Source of the DNA: a virus
Lineage: Duplodnaviria; Caudoviricetes
Virus record (IMG/VR): IMGVR_UViG_3300027851_000046
Coordinates: 1-46,995 of that record
Strand: one strand, 5' to 3'
Length of the DNA stretch: 46,995 nucleotides
Shown here piece after piece: positions 1-9,109 of the stretch (position 1 is its first letter; every line of letters starts with the position of its first letter). A program made the position numbers and the translations under genes. The notes beneath the pieces were generated by a model. That model did no database searches, was not told the DNA's origin, and worked only from the letters and a program-made list of their open reading frames with translations.

Positions 1-238
1 GGAAAGGCTCAGCGGCGTGGAAGCGGTTGAACTCGGCCTTGGCTTCGGCCTCGACTTCACTGGTCGAAGCTTGATCCATGGCGTTGATCTTGGCGACCTC
101 TTGCAGCTTGAGCATGTCGGCCAGCTCGGCTTGCAGCTCCAACAGCTCAGCACCCTTGGCCTTGATGCGGTTCATCAGGTCAATTTCTTCCTGACTCAGA
201 TCACGATAACCCTTGATCTTGCGATGTTGGTTTTCCAT
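1..238 (-). CDS. acb2: Acb2 anti-CBASS protein, allele A (truncated by the window edge)
   Basis: Translates MENQHRKIKGYRDLSQEEIDLMNRIK...; second copy of 45104-45424; TAATG overlap with the upstream gene. Confidence 0.85.
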   Translation of the reverse strand, partial: MENQHRKIKGYRDLSQEEIDLMNRIKAKGAELLELQAELADMLKLQEVAKINAMDQASTSEVEAEAKAEFNRFHAAEPF

Positions 239-582
239 TATTTTTCCACCTTACCCAGCCCGCCCTCTTTGGCGTCGCCGGTCAGTTGAGGCAGTTGCTC
301 GGTGCCGGACTTGTTGCCTTTCTTGTCCTGAGCCTCAGCTTTGACCGAACGCTCTTGAGCGTGGGCAAACACAAAGCCGCCTTTGACCAGCTTGGAATCT
401 TTGAACTGCTCGCGCCAGGCGTCCCACAGGTCTTTCGGCACGTCATGGGTGATGCCGTGGCCAGTGCCCTGAATCAGGTTCTGGTTCCAGCCGTTGATTC
501 GGAACTCGGCTTCCTTGCCGCCCACCTGGGCCGACATAAGGATGCCATTCGGAAGTTTACAGCCGATTGTTACAGTGCTCAT
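238..582 (-). CDS. Conserved head-region protein downstream of the major capsid gene, allele A
   Basis: 114-aa ORF with GGAG RBS; preserved in both repeat copies with only a few residue changes. Confidence 0.75.
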   Translation of the reverse strand: MSTVTIGCKLPNGILMSAQVGGKEAEFRINGWNQNLIQGTGHGITHDVPKDLWDAWREQFKDSKLVKGGFVFAHAQERSVKAEAQDKKGNKSGTEQLPQLTGDAKEGGLGKVEK

Positions 583-597
583 TCGTTTCTCCAGCAG

Positions 598-620
598 TAA
601 AGGCGGGGCCGAAGCCCCGC
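598..620 (-). terminator. Intrinsic terminator-like hairpin after the major capsid gene
   Basis: GCGGGGC-TTCG-GCCCCGC followed by CTTT; hairpin identical in copy B although the flanks differ. Confidence 0.65.
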
Positions 621-626
621 GCTATG

Positions 627-1631
627 TTAGGTCAGAATCAGACTGGCGACCATCAGAGGGCGATAGATGATCGCGCCAACGGTGCCTTGGCTGCGCTTCT
701 GCTGCCAGCTCGACAGACCCAGCACCATCGGATGCACGCGCATCTTTTCGGTGAAGGTCGGCTCAATGGTGCGAACTCCTTCGTACTCGTCGGCGATCAT
801 GTACACCAATTCGCCGGCAGGGGTGGACAGTTCCGGCGCGGTCTCAATGCGCAGGTTCGGGAAGTTTTTCTTGAGCTGATCAACCACGTTGACGTTGTAC
901 TGGTTGGTTTTCAGCAGGTTCACTTCGTTCTGCGGCGACAGCAGCAGTACACCGGCGAAGTCGCGGTCGATCAGGCCCTTGGTTTGACCGACCAAGCGGC
1001 CATACAGCGCACCCTGAACCGAGGCAAACACCTGGTCAGCAGTCAGCGCGTCCCAATCAGAACCCGGCAGCGAAGCCGACAGCGACGGATCGTTCAGGAT
1101 GCCGTAGTTTTGCAGGCCGGATACGCCGTAGAAATACGACTTGTTCTGAAACTTGTTCAGCACCAGCGCGGCAGCGATCTGCTTACGGGCTACCCAGTCC
1201 AGCTTAGCGGCACCGGCACGCTCTACCTCACGCTCGCCCACTTCGACGATGGTCTGGTAGTGGTACGGCTGGCGGTTTTCCCAGTTGACGTTCGCGCCCG
1301 ACATGCCGTTGGTGCCGAAGTCGTCATAACTCGACACTTCACCAGTCGATTCTGCAATCGGGAATTGCAGGTTATCGTCAACCCAGGTGCCTTTCTTGGT
1401 CTCTCCGAAGATCTGCGCGGCCTTCATCGGCTCAACAGCGATCTCGATGACGCGCGGATCGACGTAAGTGGTGAATAAGGCCAGGATGCCGGCGTTCGGG
1501 GCGGTGATCAGGTCGGCGTCGTTGGCAACGGTGGCGCGAGCCATGTTGTCCAGCTCTCGCGGCTGAAAACCAGTTTGATACACGATGCCCGCATCTTGAG
1601 CGAGCGCGTGAAAGTTCAGTTTCTCAGACAT
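627..1631 (-). CDS. Major capsid protein (DUF2184-like), allele A
   Basis: 334 aa; follows the protease and decoration genes; C-terminal G(T)VGAIIYRP motif typical of this capsid family. Confidence 0.88.
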   Translation of the reverse strand: MSEKLNFHALAQDAGIVYQTGFQPRELDNMARATVANDADLITAPNAGILALFTTYVDPRVIEIAVEPMKAAQIFGETKKGTWVDDNLQFPIAESTGEVSSYDDFGTNGMSGANVNWENRQPYHYQTIVEVGEREVERAGAAKLDWVARKQIAAALVLNKFQNKSYFYGVSGLQNYGILNDPSLSASLPGSDWDALTADQVFASVQGALYGRLVGQTKGLIDRDFAGVLLLSPQNEVNLLKTNQYNVNVVDQLKKNFPNLRIETAPELSTPAGELVYMIADEYEGVRTIEPTFTEKMRVHPMVLGLSSWQQKRSQGTVGAIIYRPLMVASLILT

Positions 1632-1642
1632 TTGCGCGCTCC

Positions 1643-2131
1643 TTAGATAGACGCTTTGGTGATTTTGACCAGCTCGCCGGCGGTCTTGGCTTCTGCGGCC
1701 TTGAACCCGGTAGCAATATTAGGAACTGGTGTGACAGCGCCATTATCGGCAGCAAGAGTAGGCGCGCCCGTTACAGGGTCCGCATACACGGCAGCGCCAA
1801 CAGTGGAGTCGCCGCCCAGCACGCAATAGAAATCGCCATCGGTGAACAGGACGGTCTCGCGGCCAGCCGGGACAACCATGCTAGCAGCCTGACCCAGCGG
1901 GACAATGGCTTGGTTGTTGCGGTGAACGAAGCCCACGCGGCGGCCAGCAGCGTTAGCTGGGTACACCAGGCCGGTAGCCAGGTCGGCAAACGCGAAGTAC
2001 CCGACAGTGATTGCGGCGGCAGTGCGCAGCGAGCCTTCTCCGGCCAGCATTGCATTGCGCGGGTTGGTAGATGCGAAGTCACCGGCAACGGCACGGGACG
2101 GATCGCGGTTCAGAGTCTGTTGAAATGCCAT
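1643..2131 (-). CDS. Head decoration/cement protein
   Basis: 162 aa, Ala/Gly/Val-rich, AGDFASTNP motif, between the protease and capsid genes. Confidence 0.75.
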   Translation of the reverse strand: MAFQQTLNRDPSRAVAGDFASTNPRNAMLAGEGSLRTAAAITVGYFAFADLATGLVYPANAAGRRVGFVHRNNQAIVPLGQAASMVVPAGRETVLFTDGDFYCVLGGDSTVGAAVYADPVTGAPTLAADNGAVTPVPNIATGFKAAEAKTAGELVKITKASI

Positions 2132-2143
2132 GATGGTATCCCC

Positions 2144-3319
2144 TTAGGCTTTACGGAAGCGGCTGGTCAGAGCCGAAGGCTCGTGCATCGCAGAGTCAAG
2201 CGCGACCTGCGGGCGTTTGGATTGCGAGGTGGCCATGCTGACAAGCTGGGCCAGGCCGGCTTCGTTCACGCCGTCACAGGCGATGCCTTTCTGCTTGAGC
2301 GCGTAGGCGTAGATCGCGGAGGCGTCTTTGAAGCCATCCAGGGCGATACGGCCCACCAGCGGCTCAACCTTGTCTCGTGCGGCATACTTGCCCTCGATGC
2401 GGGCCTGTACGCTGGCAGCAATGGCGTCGACGTCCATGGCGGTCTCTTTCTTCGGCTCATCTTCCACTTCTTCGGCCTCTTCGTCTTTCTCGTCTTCAGC
2501 AGGCTTATCAGCGCCGCCTTCGGGTTTTTCCGGCACTTCGTCCTCAGCAGCCTTGCCGCCCAACATCTCGACAATGGCGTCATAGTTGTCGCCGGCCAGT
2601 TCGCGCAGCTTGGCTTCGTCGAAACTCGGCTTGTGCTCGATGTTTTCCGCAACTTCGCGGATTACTTCTTCGACATCGCTATCGTTAGCAATGCCACCCT
2701 TTGCGAGAGTTTGCAGCTTGGCCGCGACTCGCTGTTTGGTGCCTTTTTTCAACATATGGAACTCCAGTTCTAAAGGTAGTTTGTCCGAAATGATGGCATC
2801 GCGGCCAATACGTCCACGCGCGACCAATGCCACATGGTTGCCGTGGATGTCAAGCATAGTACCATCATAAGCCTCGCCCTGAAACTCACCCGGCACCATG
2901 TTTGCTTTGTACCAATAGGACGCCGATAGTTCGGCCATCTTCTCGGATTCGATAAGTTCGATTGCCTCGGCATCCCATACGGTGATATCGCCGTAGACTT
3001 TACCGTCTTCATATTCGATATTGCTGCCGACAGTGCCGATGACAAGTTCCTTCTCGGGTTTCTTGCTATCGACATACTCATGTTTGATCAGCAGTTGCTT
3101 GCCCTTGAACGTATCGGCGCCGCTTTCCAGTGCGGACGGGTCGCGCAGCAGTTTGTAGACTTTATCGGGGTCTAGGCCAAGTTCCAGATAGTCGGGGATC
3201 TCGCGCCCGAAGTATGGGTTTACGGCGGCTTTGCTTAGGACGGTGCGCGCGACCTTCAAATGCCCCGACTCGTCTTTGGAGCGCTGGCTATCCAATGCAA
3301 GTTTTTCATTCATGTTCAA
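2144..3319 (-). CDS. Prohead protease/scaffold fusion (DUF2213-like)
   Basis: ELSASY and NHVALVARGR motifs; acidic, helical C-terminal half. Confidence 0.85.
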   Translation of the reverse strand: MNMNEKLALDSQRSKDESGHLKVARTVLSKAAVNPYFGREIPDYLELGLDPDKVYKLLRDPSALESGADTFKGKQLLIKHEYVDSKKPEKELVIGTVGSNIEYEDGKVYGDITVWDAEAIELIESEKMAELSASYWYKANMVPGEFQGEAYDGTMLDIHGNHVALVARGRIGRDAIISDKLPLELEFHMLKKGTKQRVAAKLQTLAKGGIANDSDVEEVIREVAENIEHKPSFDEAKLRELAGDNYDAIVEMLGGKAAEDEVPEKPEGGADKPAEDEKDEEAEEVEDEPKKETAMDVDAIAASVQARIEGKYAARDKVEPLVGRIALDGFKDASAIYAYALKQKGIACDGVNEAGLAQLVSMATSQSKRPQVALDSAMHEPSALTSRFRKA

Positions 3320-4086
3320 AACTCAATAATGCTGCGAGAAACACAGCCGCAATTAATCTTCTCGCCGGCCTGGATGTACTCGCCGTCAATATAGCAGCCT
3401 TTGGCAATTTCAAACACTTTGTTGTTTGCCTTGACGTGAGACTGGCGCGGTTCTTTCGCTGCATGTGAGTGTACCCACACTGCGCGTTTTATTCCAAGTT
3501 CTTCCCGCCTTGCCTTCTCAATAACGGCGTTAGCCTTGTTACTTTGGTCCTTCGCAATCAACTTCGCCCGATTCCGGCTAATACCGTAAGCGTGCTGCAA
3601 GTTGTTAGTCAGCGTGGCCAAGTCAAAACCCGCGTTAACCGCCTCGCTAACGTACTTCTCAACTTGCCCCAGGTACTGCGACGGAATAGAGCGGATCAAG
3701 CCGACATTCATGCCCATAGACGCCTGCAATGCTTCGCGGGTCTTGTCAGTCAGTTGCAGCTTGACCGTAAACCCATGCTGACGCATCTGCCGCTTCAGGT
3801 TGCCGTCATAGTGTTTCAGGCTGCCTTTGATGAAGCCACGCGCAATGTTCTCGCCCAAGTCGCCAAGCTTGGCTATCCAGCGGATCATCAGGGCACGAAT
3901 GGCGTTCTCCAGCGGGTGCGCATCCAGCGCCACTGGCTGCACCGGCACGTCCTTGTACCGCTCGACCTCGGCCAGCACCTCGTCACGCACCTGGCGCAGC
4001 AGGGCGTTAAGCTCTGCGCGGTACTTGGCCTGTAATCCGGCGTTTGGCCGGATTGGGCGTAGGGTGACTGATTTGCGGGTGATCAT
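3316..4086 (-). CDS. Head morphogenesis protein (SPP1 gp7/Mu gpF-like)
   Basis: RAKLIAKDQ...W.HS...R.SH...GEKINCGC pattern; follows the portal gene. Confidence 0.85.
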   Translation of the reverse strand: MITRKSVTLRPIRPNAGLQAKYRAELNALLRQVRDEVLAEVERYKDVPVQPVALDAHPLENAIRALMIRWIAKLGDLGENIARGFIKGSLKHYDGNLKRQMRQHGFTVKLQLTDKTREALQASMGMNVGLIRSIPSQYLGQVEKYVSEAVNAGFDLATLTNNLQHAYGISRNRAKLIAKDQSNKANAVIEKARREELGIKRAVWVHSHAAKEPRQSHVKANNKVFEIAKGCYIDGEYIQAGEKINCGCVSRSIIEF

Positions 4087-5573
4087 TCTTCACCAAGGCC
4101 GGACATATCAAAATCAGGCTCAGGCATCTCCGGCACGTCTTCCACAACGATGTTCGAGTAATCGCTAGCCGGGTCGTCGGCAAGCGTCTGCCGCGCCTCT
4201 TCCTGGGAGATGATTCCGCCGTCCACCAGGGTAACGCTGGTGCGGGCCTTGATCTCGCCGATCTCAGCCAACTCCTTGCCGTCCATCTGCTTAAGCGGCT
4301 CAAACTCCCAGCGAATCGACTGATCAACCTCACCGAACAGGCTTAGCTGCATCAGCTCGCTGATACGCTCGATGACGGGGCGGATGTGCGCCTCGTTCTG
4401 CGCGCTGATGTAGTCGCGGTATACCTCGATTTCACCCTCGGCGCTGGCATTCAACCCGGACGGCGTGACGCCCAGCAGCTTGACCAGCGGCGTATGAGAC
4501 GGCGCGGCCATCTGTTCCTGTGCCTGGCGCAGCAACTCAGGCAGGCCAGTCAGCGGCGTGTTGATCTGGCTGATTTCCTCGGCGTCCTTGTCCAGCAGCA
4601 TCAGGCCGGTATTGTCGCGGTACTTGTTGAACAGGCCAGCGCGCAGCAGGGTGTTCGGGTCGTTCTCGCCCGCGAGGATGCTGCTCATATCCGTGGCCAG
4701 GATGGTCAGGCTGAACGCATGCACCAGCTCGGCAATGCTATCGGCAGTCCGCTGGTAGCGCTGCACATACGGCATCATGAGTTGCAGCATAGAGATGCCG
4801 CCGAAGTTATAGGCTGGCTTCAGCATGTCAGGCACGGGCCGCATGATGACGGTGATCAGTCGGTCGGCATGCACGTCCTGGCCCATGACGTACCAGCGCT
4901 CGGGGACAAAGAAGTCTTTGCGGGTCGGGTCGTTGGCGTTGTACGCGCTCGGAGTAGACCAGATTGGCTCAATGACACTGAAGCCACGCAGCGCGCCTTT
5001 CTTGACGCCAATGGGGCTTGTAACGAACGGCAGCGACGTGTCGGCGTGGTCAAGGTCGATGAACACTTGGGCGCGTCCCATGGTCATTTCCACTTCGATG
5101 ACACGCTGAATCATGCTGCGAATGTCGTGGCGCTTGAACTCAGTTTCGAGCGCTTCGATTTTCTCGGCGCGGATTTCAGCGTCGGCGTCGTTTTCGTCAT
5201 CGCCCACCGGCACGAATTTCCCCCACTTGCGGGTCATCTCGGTGGCGGTGGTCTCTGGCACGCTGCGGTAGTCGCTCGACTGGCTCAACATGGCCAGCTG
5301 CGGATAGCCCACGAACGCCGGGAAGAAGTTCGCGTCCTGCTCGCCGGCATATTGGTAGATGCTGGAGCAACTGTCCTGGGCTACGGGCGCGGTCTTGCCT
5401 TGGGGCACTACGCCTGCGGGCAGCCAGGGGGCTTTGTATTCCGGCGCTTGTTTTGGCGCGGACTGCTCGGCCAGCATGTGCTGGGCCAGGCGCAGGCGCT
5501 TCTTTTCAAGCTCCAGCCTCTCGCGCTCCAGCTCAATCGCAGGGTCAGGCTTGCGCCGGAATAGGTTAATCAT
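4083..5573 (-). CDS. Portal protein (DUF1073-like)
   Basis: 496 aa directly after terL; PLVKLLGVTPSGLNAS motif. Confidence 0.85.
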   Translation of the reverse strand: MINLFRRKPDPAIELERERLELEKKRLRLAQHMLAEQSAPKQAPEYKAPWLPAGVVPQGKTAPVAQDSCSSIYQYAGEQDANFFPAFVGYPQLAMLSQSSDYRSVPETTATEMTRKWGKFVPVGDDENDADAEIRAEKIEALETEFKRHDIRSMIQRVIEVEMTMGRAQVFIDLDHADTSLPFVTSPIGVKKGALRGFSVIEPIWSTPSAYNANDPTRKDFFVPERWYVMGQDVHADRLITVIMRPVPDMLKPAYNFGGISMLQLMMPYVQRYQRTADSIAELVHAFSLTILATDMSSILAGENDPNTLLRAGLFNKYRDNTGLMLLDKDAEEISQINTPLTGLPELLRQAQEQMAAPSHTPLVKLLGVTPSGLNASAEGEIEVYRDYISAQNEAHIRPVIERISELMQLSLFGEVDQSIRWEFEPLKQMDGKELAEIGEIKARTSVTLVDGGIISQEEARQTLADDPASDYSNIVVEDVPEMPEPDFDMSGLGEE

Positions 5574-6982
5574 CTTAGTGCCTCTGGGTTGATTGTCATG
5601 CTGCCAGATACCGGCGCGTACGCCATTATAAAGGCATCTGCCATGTTGGGCGATGGTACTTCGCGCTTGGCCAGGTCTTTCTTGGACTCTACCTTGACCT
5701 TGCCATTGTTGTCGAACTCTCGGTGAGGCGTGGCAAGCTCCATCTTTATCTGTTCCAACTTAGGTGTCTTGCTGCAAATGCTGATTAACTCATCGGCTTT
5801 GTACTTTGGCGGCTCCTTACCTTCTCGCAATGCCTTTACAACCTGATAGGTCAGGCGGAAGCGGTCAGCAACAAGCCACCAAGCTTGGCTTTTGGCTCCC
5901 GAGAAAAAGTCTTCATTGGTGGTCTTGTATTCGTAAATCGCCTTTGGCTTAACAACTTTTCCTCCAGCGTTGAACTTGGAGTATCGCAATTTGTTGGCGG
6001 ACGACTGATTTTGATTCAGCTCGGCAATATATGCGCCTGCACTCGCACCAACACCAATGCAGTCGTAGATGATATGCGCGCCATACTTCGAAGCACTGCG
6101 ATATGCGCGAGTGGTTGACTTTAGAAGCTCGTCCTCCCGGCCCGACCATTCGTCCGCATCAAATACAAGTCCGCCTTTTCGAGTAACGGTCGCGCACTTG
6201 TCCGCGCCGTCGTCGGCAATATCATAGCCGAGGAAATATGTGCCCTCTGCAATCTCTGGTATTAGCAAGTGCGCATCAACTGCCGCATTGATCCAGTCCG
6301 CTTTAATGATGCTCGACTCGTCGTCAAGCAAATAATGACCTTCCCAGATGTGGTTATATAGCGAGGCCGGCATTGTCTCCTGATCGTGTTTTCGCTGTTC
6401 TTCCAGTTCTGGCGGGAAGTATGGGTTATCCGAATGATTGATGCACACTGACATTGTTCGTGGCGGGAAAGGCCCATTGATGAAGCTTTCCGCAACCCAG
6501 CTTGCGGGGCTCTTCGGGTTTAGCACTATCCAGAATTCAGAACCAGGCGCACGGATAGTCGGTATAAGACCCTGCCAGCTTGAATGCGGAATATCCTCGG
6601 CCTCTTCGACAATGCACAGGTCGATTTGCGCCATGGACTTAATAGACGAAATATTGTGGCGCAGCCCCCTAAACAGAAAAGTAGTTCCGTTTTTCCCTTT
6701 TATGTAATCGACGCCAACATCATAGTGAGCGGCCAGCCAGGGCTGCGACTCAATGGAGTTCTTTATCTCAGCGTGCATCGATTCCTTAATCGATACCTGA
6801 AGCTCTCGAGTGCATAGAATTCGCAGGGGTTCAATATAACCCCATATCGCGGCCATCAGGGCAAAGCTGAAACTTTTGCCGCTCCCCCTTCCCCCGTAGG
6901 CAACCCTATACCTAAGCTCGCCCCGCTTAGGGGCGAACAGTGGTATTAGCTTTGATGGTAGGTTAATCCTTGCGACGGTCAA
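5570..6982 (-). CDS. terL: Terminase large subunit (PBSX-type)
   Basis: Walker A YGGRGSGKS, Walker B CIVEEAE, C-terminal SPNMADA nuclease motif. Confidence 0.93.
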   Translation of the reverse strand: MTVARINLPSKLIPLFAPKRGELRYRVAYGGRGSGKSFSFALMAAIWGYIEPLRILCTRELQVSIKESMHAEIKNSIESQPWLAAHYDVGVDYIKGKNGTTFLFRGLRHNISSIKSMAQIDLCIVEEAEDIPHSSWQGLIPTIRAPGSEFWIVLNPKSPASWVAESFINGPFPPRTMSVCINHSDNPYFPPELEEQRKHDQETMPASLYNHIWEGHYLLDDESSIIKADWINAAVDAHLLIPEIAEGTYFLGYDIADDGADKCATVTRKGGLVFDADEWSGREDELLKSTTRAYRSASKYGAHIIYDCIGVGASAGAYIAELNQNQSSANKLRYSKFNAGGKVVKPKAIYEYKTTNEDFFSGAKSQAWWLVADRFRLTYQVVKALREGKEPPKYKADELISICSKTPKLEQIKMELATPHREFDNNGKVKVESKKDLAKREVPSPNMADAFIMAYAPVSGSMTINPEALR

Positions 6983-7649
6983 TTTCTCTTACCTTAAAAA
7001 ACATTGAGAGCTCTCTCTCGCAATATCTTGCGCTCTTTGAAACATTATCACTAGCCCACAATGGTTGCAGGTTCGTGTAATGACAAAGCATTTCCACTTC
7101 TCTTTCGTTTTTTGCTGCCGAGAATGGAAGCTTGTGATCTAAATGCCACTCCCCATAGTTATCCCAAGTCATTCCTTCTTTAAACTTGCTCTCGATATAT
7201 GAGATCAGCTCTTCTTTAGAGCATCCAAGCAAAGCGAATGTTTTGGTTTTTTTAGAATAACCTTTCTCGAAAAATGCCGCCCATACTCGCTTTCGGCACC
7301 TTGCGACAAATCTGTAGTGAGGGTCGGTCTTTAGTCTGCTTAAGTGGTATTCGCCGGACTTTTTACTGTTAGCGTCCCGGTCGCTCCAGTATTTGGCTTT
7401 CCTGTACTCTCGAAACGTCTCGATGTTGTCAAGATAATACTGTCTCGATCTTGCTTTAGCCCGATCTTTGTTGCCTGCGTGCCAGTCTCTGCTGGCCTGT
7501 TTTAGGTGCTCTGAATTTATTTTGTAATACGAAGCGCGATAAGCGCGAGTGCAAGGGATGCAGCGACTAACTTTGCCGTCTTTCTTGGTTTTATCGTTGT
7601 GGAAATCAGAAAAAGGCTTTTCAGCCCTGCAAGAGGTGCATACTTTCAT
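6963..7649 (-). CDS. HNH endonuclease with N-terminal zinc finger, between terS and terL
   Basis: CTSC...CIPC finger; GMTWDNYGEWHLDH...HYTNLQPLWASDN; visibly more AT-rich than its neighbours. Confidence 0.85.
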   Translation of the reverse strand: MKVCTSCRAEKPFSDFHNDKTKKDGKVSRCIPCTRAYRASYYKINSEHLKQASRDWHAGNKDRAKARSRQYYLDNIETFREYRKAKYWSDRDANSKKSGEYHLSRLKTDPHYRFVARCRKRVWAAFFEKGYSKKTKTFALLGCSKEELISYIESKFKEGMTWDNYGEWHLDHKLPFSAAKNEREVEMLCHYTNLQPLWASDNVSKSARYCERELSMFFKVREIDRRKD

Positions 7650-7748
7650 TTTGAAACCCCGTCAAAGGCCGTCTGTTGAGGATGTGGCAGCGAGGGTGAC
7701 GAACCCCTCGCACGGCTTGCAAACCGCTGCCACACAAACAGTATATCA
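7650..7748 (-). promoter_or_regulatory. Extended -10 promoter plus C4-like structured leader of the HNH gene
   Basis: TGATATACT; three-way junction closed by TGTGGCA/TGCCACA; loop GTTCGTCA complementary to GACG/TGACG sites at the RBS. Confidence 0.55.
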
Positions 7749-8123
7749 GTCCTCCAGGTTTGGCGCGACCAGCTCGATGCGCGTCGGACTCATTGAACCA
7801 TCCGGCGAAGTATGCGCCTGCTCGATCTTGTCAGAGTATCCATGCTTGGTGAGCATCATCTTTGTAATGGCCGGGTTAAACGTGCCAGACAGCCCGTTAT
7901 TGACCAGCCCCTGATGCTGCAACTGCTCTACACGCATAAAGATGCTCAAAAACTCAGGACTAACTTCGTCGTTAGCCCAGTTGTATATCGTGTTTGTGGC
8001 AACTCCAAGGGACAGTGCCAGGCCTACAACAGTGGGGACAACATCCCCAAGCTCTGCGTAGTTCTCGACGTAGTATTCAGCCTTGGACTGCATTTCCTCT
8101 GAATACTTGCTAGGCCTTGCCAT
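7746..8123 (-). CDS. terS: Terminase small subunit
   Basis: MARPSKY start, HTH-like PTVVGLA..LGV..NTIYNWA, G.FNPAI.KMML.KHGYSDK; upstream of terL. Confidence 0.85.
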   Translation of the reverse strand: MARPSKYSEEMQSKAEYYVENYAELGDVVPTVVGLALSLGVATNTIYNWANDEVSPEFLSIFMRVEQLQHQGLVNNGLSGTFNPAITKMMLTKHGYSDKIEQAHTSPDGSMSPTRIELVAPNLED

Positions 8124-8125
8124 CT

Positions 8126-8428
8126 TCAATACCCATTCAAACAGTTAACGTAAACACGATCCCGAAACGCCTCGATGATGATCCGGCGAATCTTAACCTG
8201 GTGGTCGCCGTTGAACACCTGCACGGTGTAGGCGTCCTCGATGATGCTGCGACCGTACTCGCTGCTGACCATGTTGAGCATATGTTGCTTCGGAATGCCG
8301 TTCTGGCGCTCCTGCATGATGCTGCGTGCGGTAGCTGCAACCATGGCGCAGCCTTGGGCGCGTTGGTTCCAGTCGGCCATGGCTGGCGTGGTGATCAGCA
8401 GTGCGGCAAGTAGTGTGATAGTTCGCAT
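8126..8428 (-). CDS. Small secreted protein with signal peptide
   Basis: MRTITLLAALLITTPAMA-D signal peptide; GAGG RBS; two Cys in the mature part. Confidence 0.7.
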   Translation of the reverse strand: MRTITLLAALLITTPAMADWNQRAQGCAMVAATARSIMQERQNGIPKQHMLNMVSSEYGRSIIEDAYTVQVFNGDHQVKIRRIIIEAFRDRVYVNCLNGY

Positions 8429-8693
8429 GTCAGTTACCTCGCCACACATGGGCAATGTTCAGCGGAACAGTCCGGGCAGTGTAGCATGGGGCCGGCGTTG
8501 GTTGTTAGGGATGGGGCTTTGTCGCCAGTGGCGCCCCTACCACCGCAAAGGGAAACACTCTGTTAGAGCTTCACAGAGCCAAACCTTAGCTGGCCGCTTG
8601 ACCCAGAGTCGCAACGGCTTGGAGAACCGTTTCAGCGTTGTTCTGGAGCCTAATCCATCTAGTCGGCAGCGTGCCTCACCACTAGCGGATATT

Positions 8694-8711
8694 TGGCTGG
8701 CACGGCAGGAC
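8694..8711 (-). pseudogene. Orphan tRNA 3' fragment (T-stem 3' strand, acceptor strand, CCA)
   Basis: GTCCTGCCGTGCCAGCCA versus the tRNA-Asn 3' end GTCCGGGCGTGCCAGCA. Confidence 0.55.
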
Positions 8712-9109
8712 TATTTACCATTCCTGCCGTACCGATCAGATCTACGTTGCTTGCTGTACTTGCTTCTTGCATACAGTCTATGCGCCTCCCTACAAAGATC
8801 ACATCTGCAACCTTTGATGTACATAGAGTTTGTTCCGTGCTGGGAGGATCTTCCAACATGTCTCCTCTCGGCAACATTGCACTTGTGGTGACTAAACGCA
8901 ATGTTATCTAGGTCAAAAAACATCTTTACCGGATCTTCACTGTCAAGCCATGGCACCTTGTGCTCAATAGTGAAGTTTTCCCTTGTCATCCCCATACCAC
9001 ACTGGAAGCACGCATTCCCAGATTTCTGCACAAATGAAAACAAAATGTCTTTAACGAGACGATTACTAGCTGTGCTTGGGTTCATACCAAGCTGAGTTTG
9101 CTTCTTCAA
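8711..9109 (-). CDS. HNH endonuclease associated with the tRNA cluster
   Basis: CFQC...IEHKVPW...NIAFSHHKCN plus a C-terminal HGT..Y..GCRCDLC zinc motif. Confidence 0.75.
   Translation of the reverse strand: MKKQTQLGMNPSTASNRLVKDILFSFVQKSGNACFQCGMGMTRENFTIEHKVPWLDSEDPVKMFFDLDNIAFSHHKCNVAERRHVGRSSQHGTNSMYIKGCRCDLCREAHRLYARSKYSKQRRSDRYGRNGK

Larger units (their letters stand above)
1..1809. repeat. Terminal direct repeat, copy A (diverged from 45187-46995)
   Basis: Constant offset of 45,186. 1-114 and 1707-1809 are identical to the right-hand copy, with many substitutions in between. Confidence 0.97.

Noticed and set aside
627-1631. Genuine two-capsid-gene genome by internal duplication
   Set aside because: The copies sit exactly at the two contig ends with truncated flanking genes, which fits circular overlap or terminal redundancy rather than paralogy.
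4386-5564. Long antisense ORFs (also 567-1478, 1910-2773, 24174-24851, 45918-46832)
   Set aside because: Shadow frames of GC-rich genes with biased codon use; no RBS or recognisable motifs.
4083-5573. Possible anti-CBASS Acb1 label sometimes attached to DUF1073 proteins
   Set aside because: Size and position between terL and the head morphogenesis gene identify it as the portal; no HxT phosphoesterase motif pair seen.
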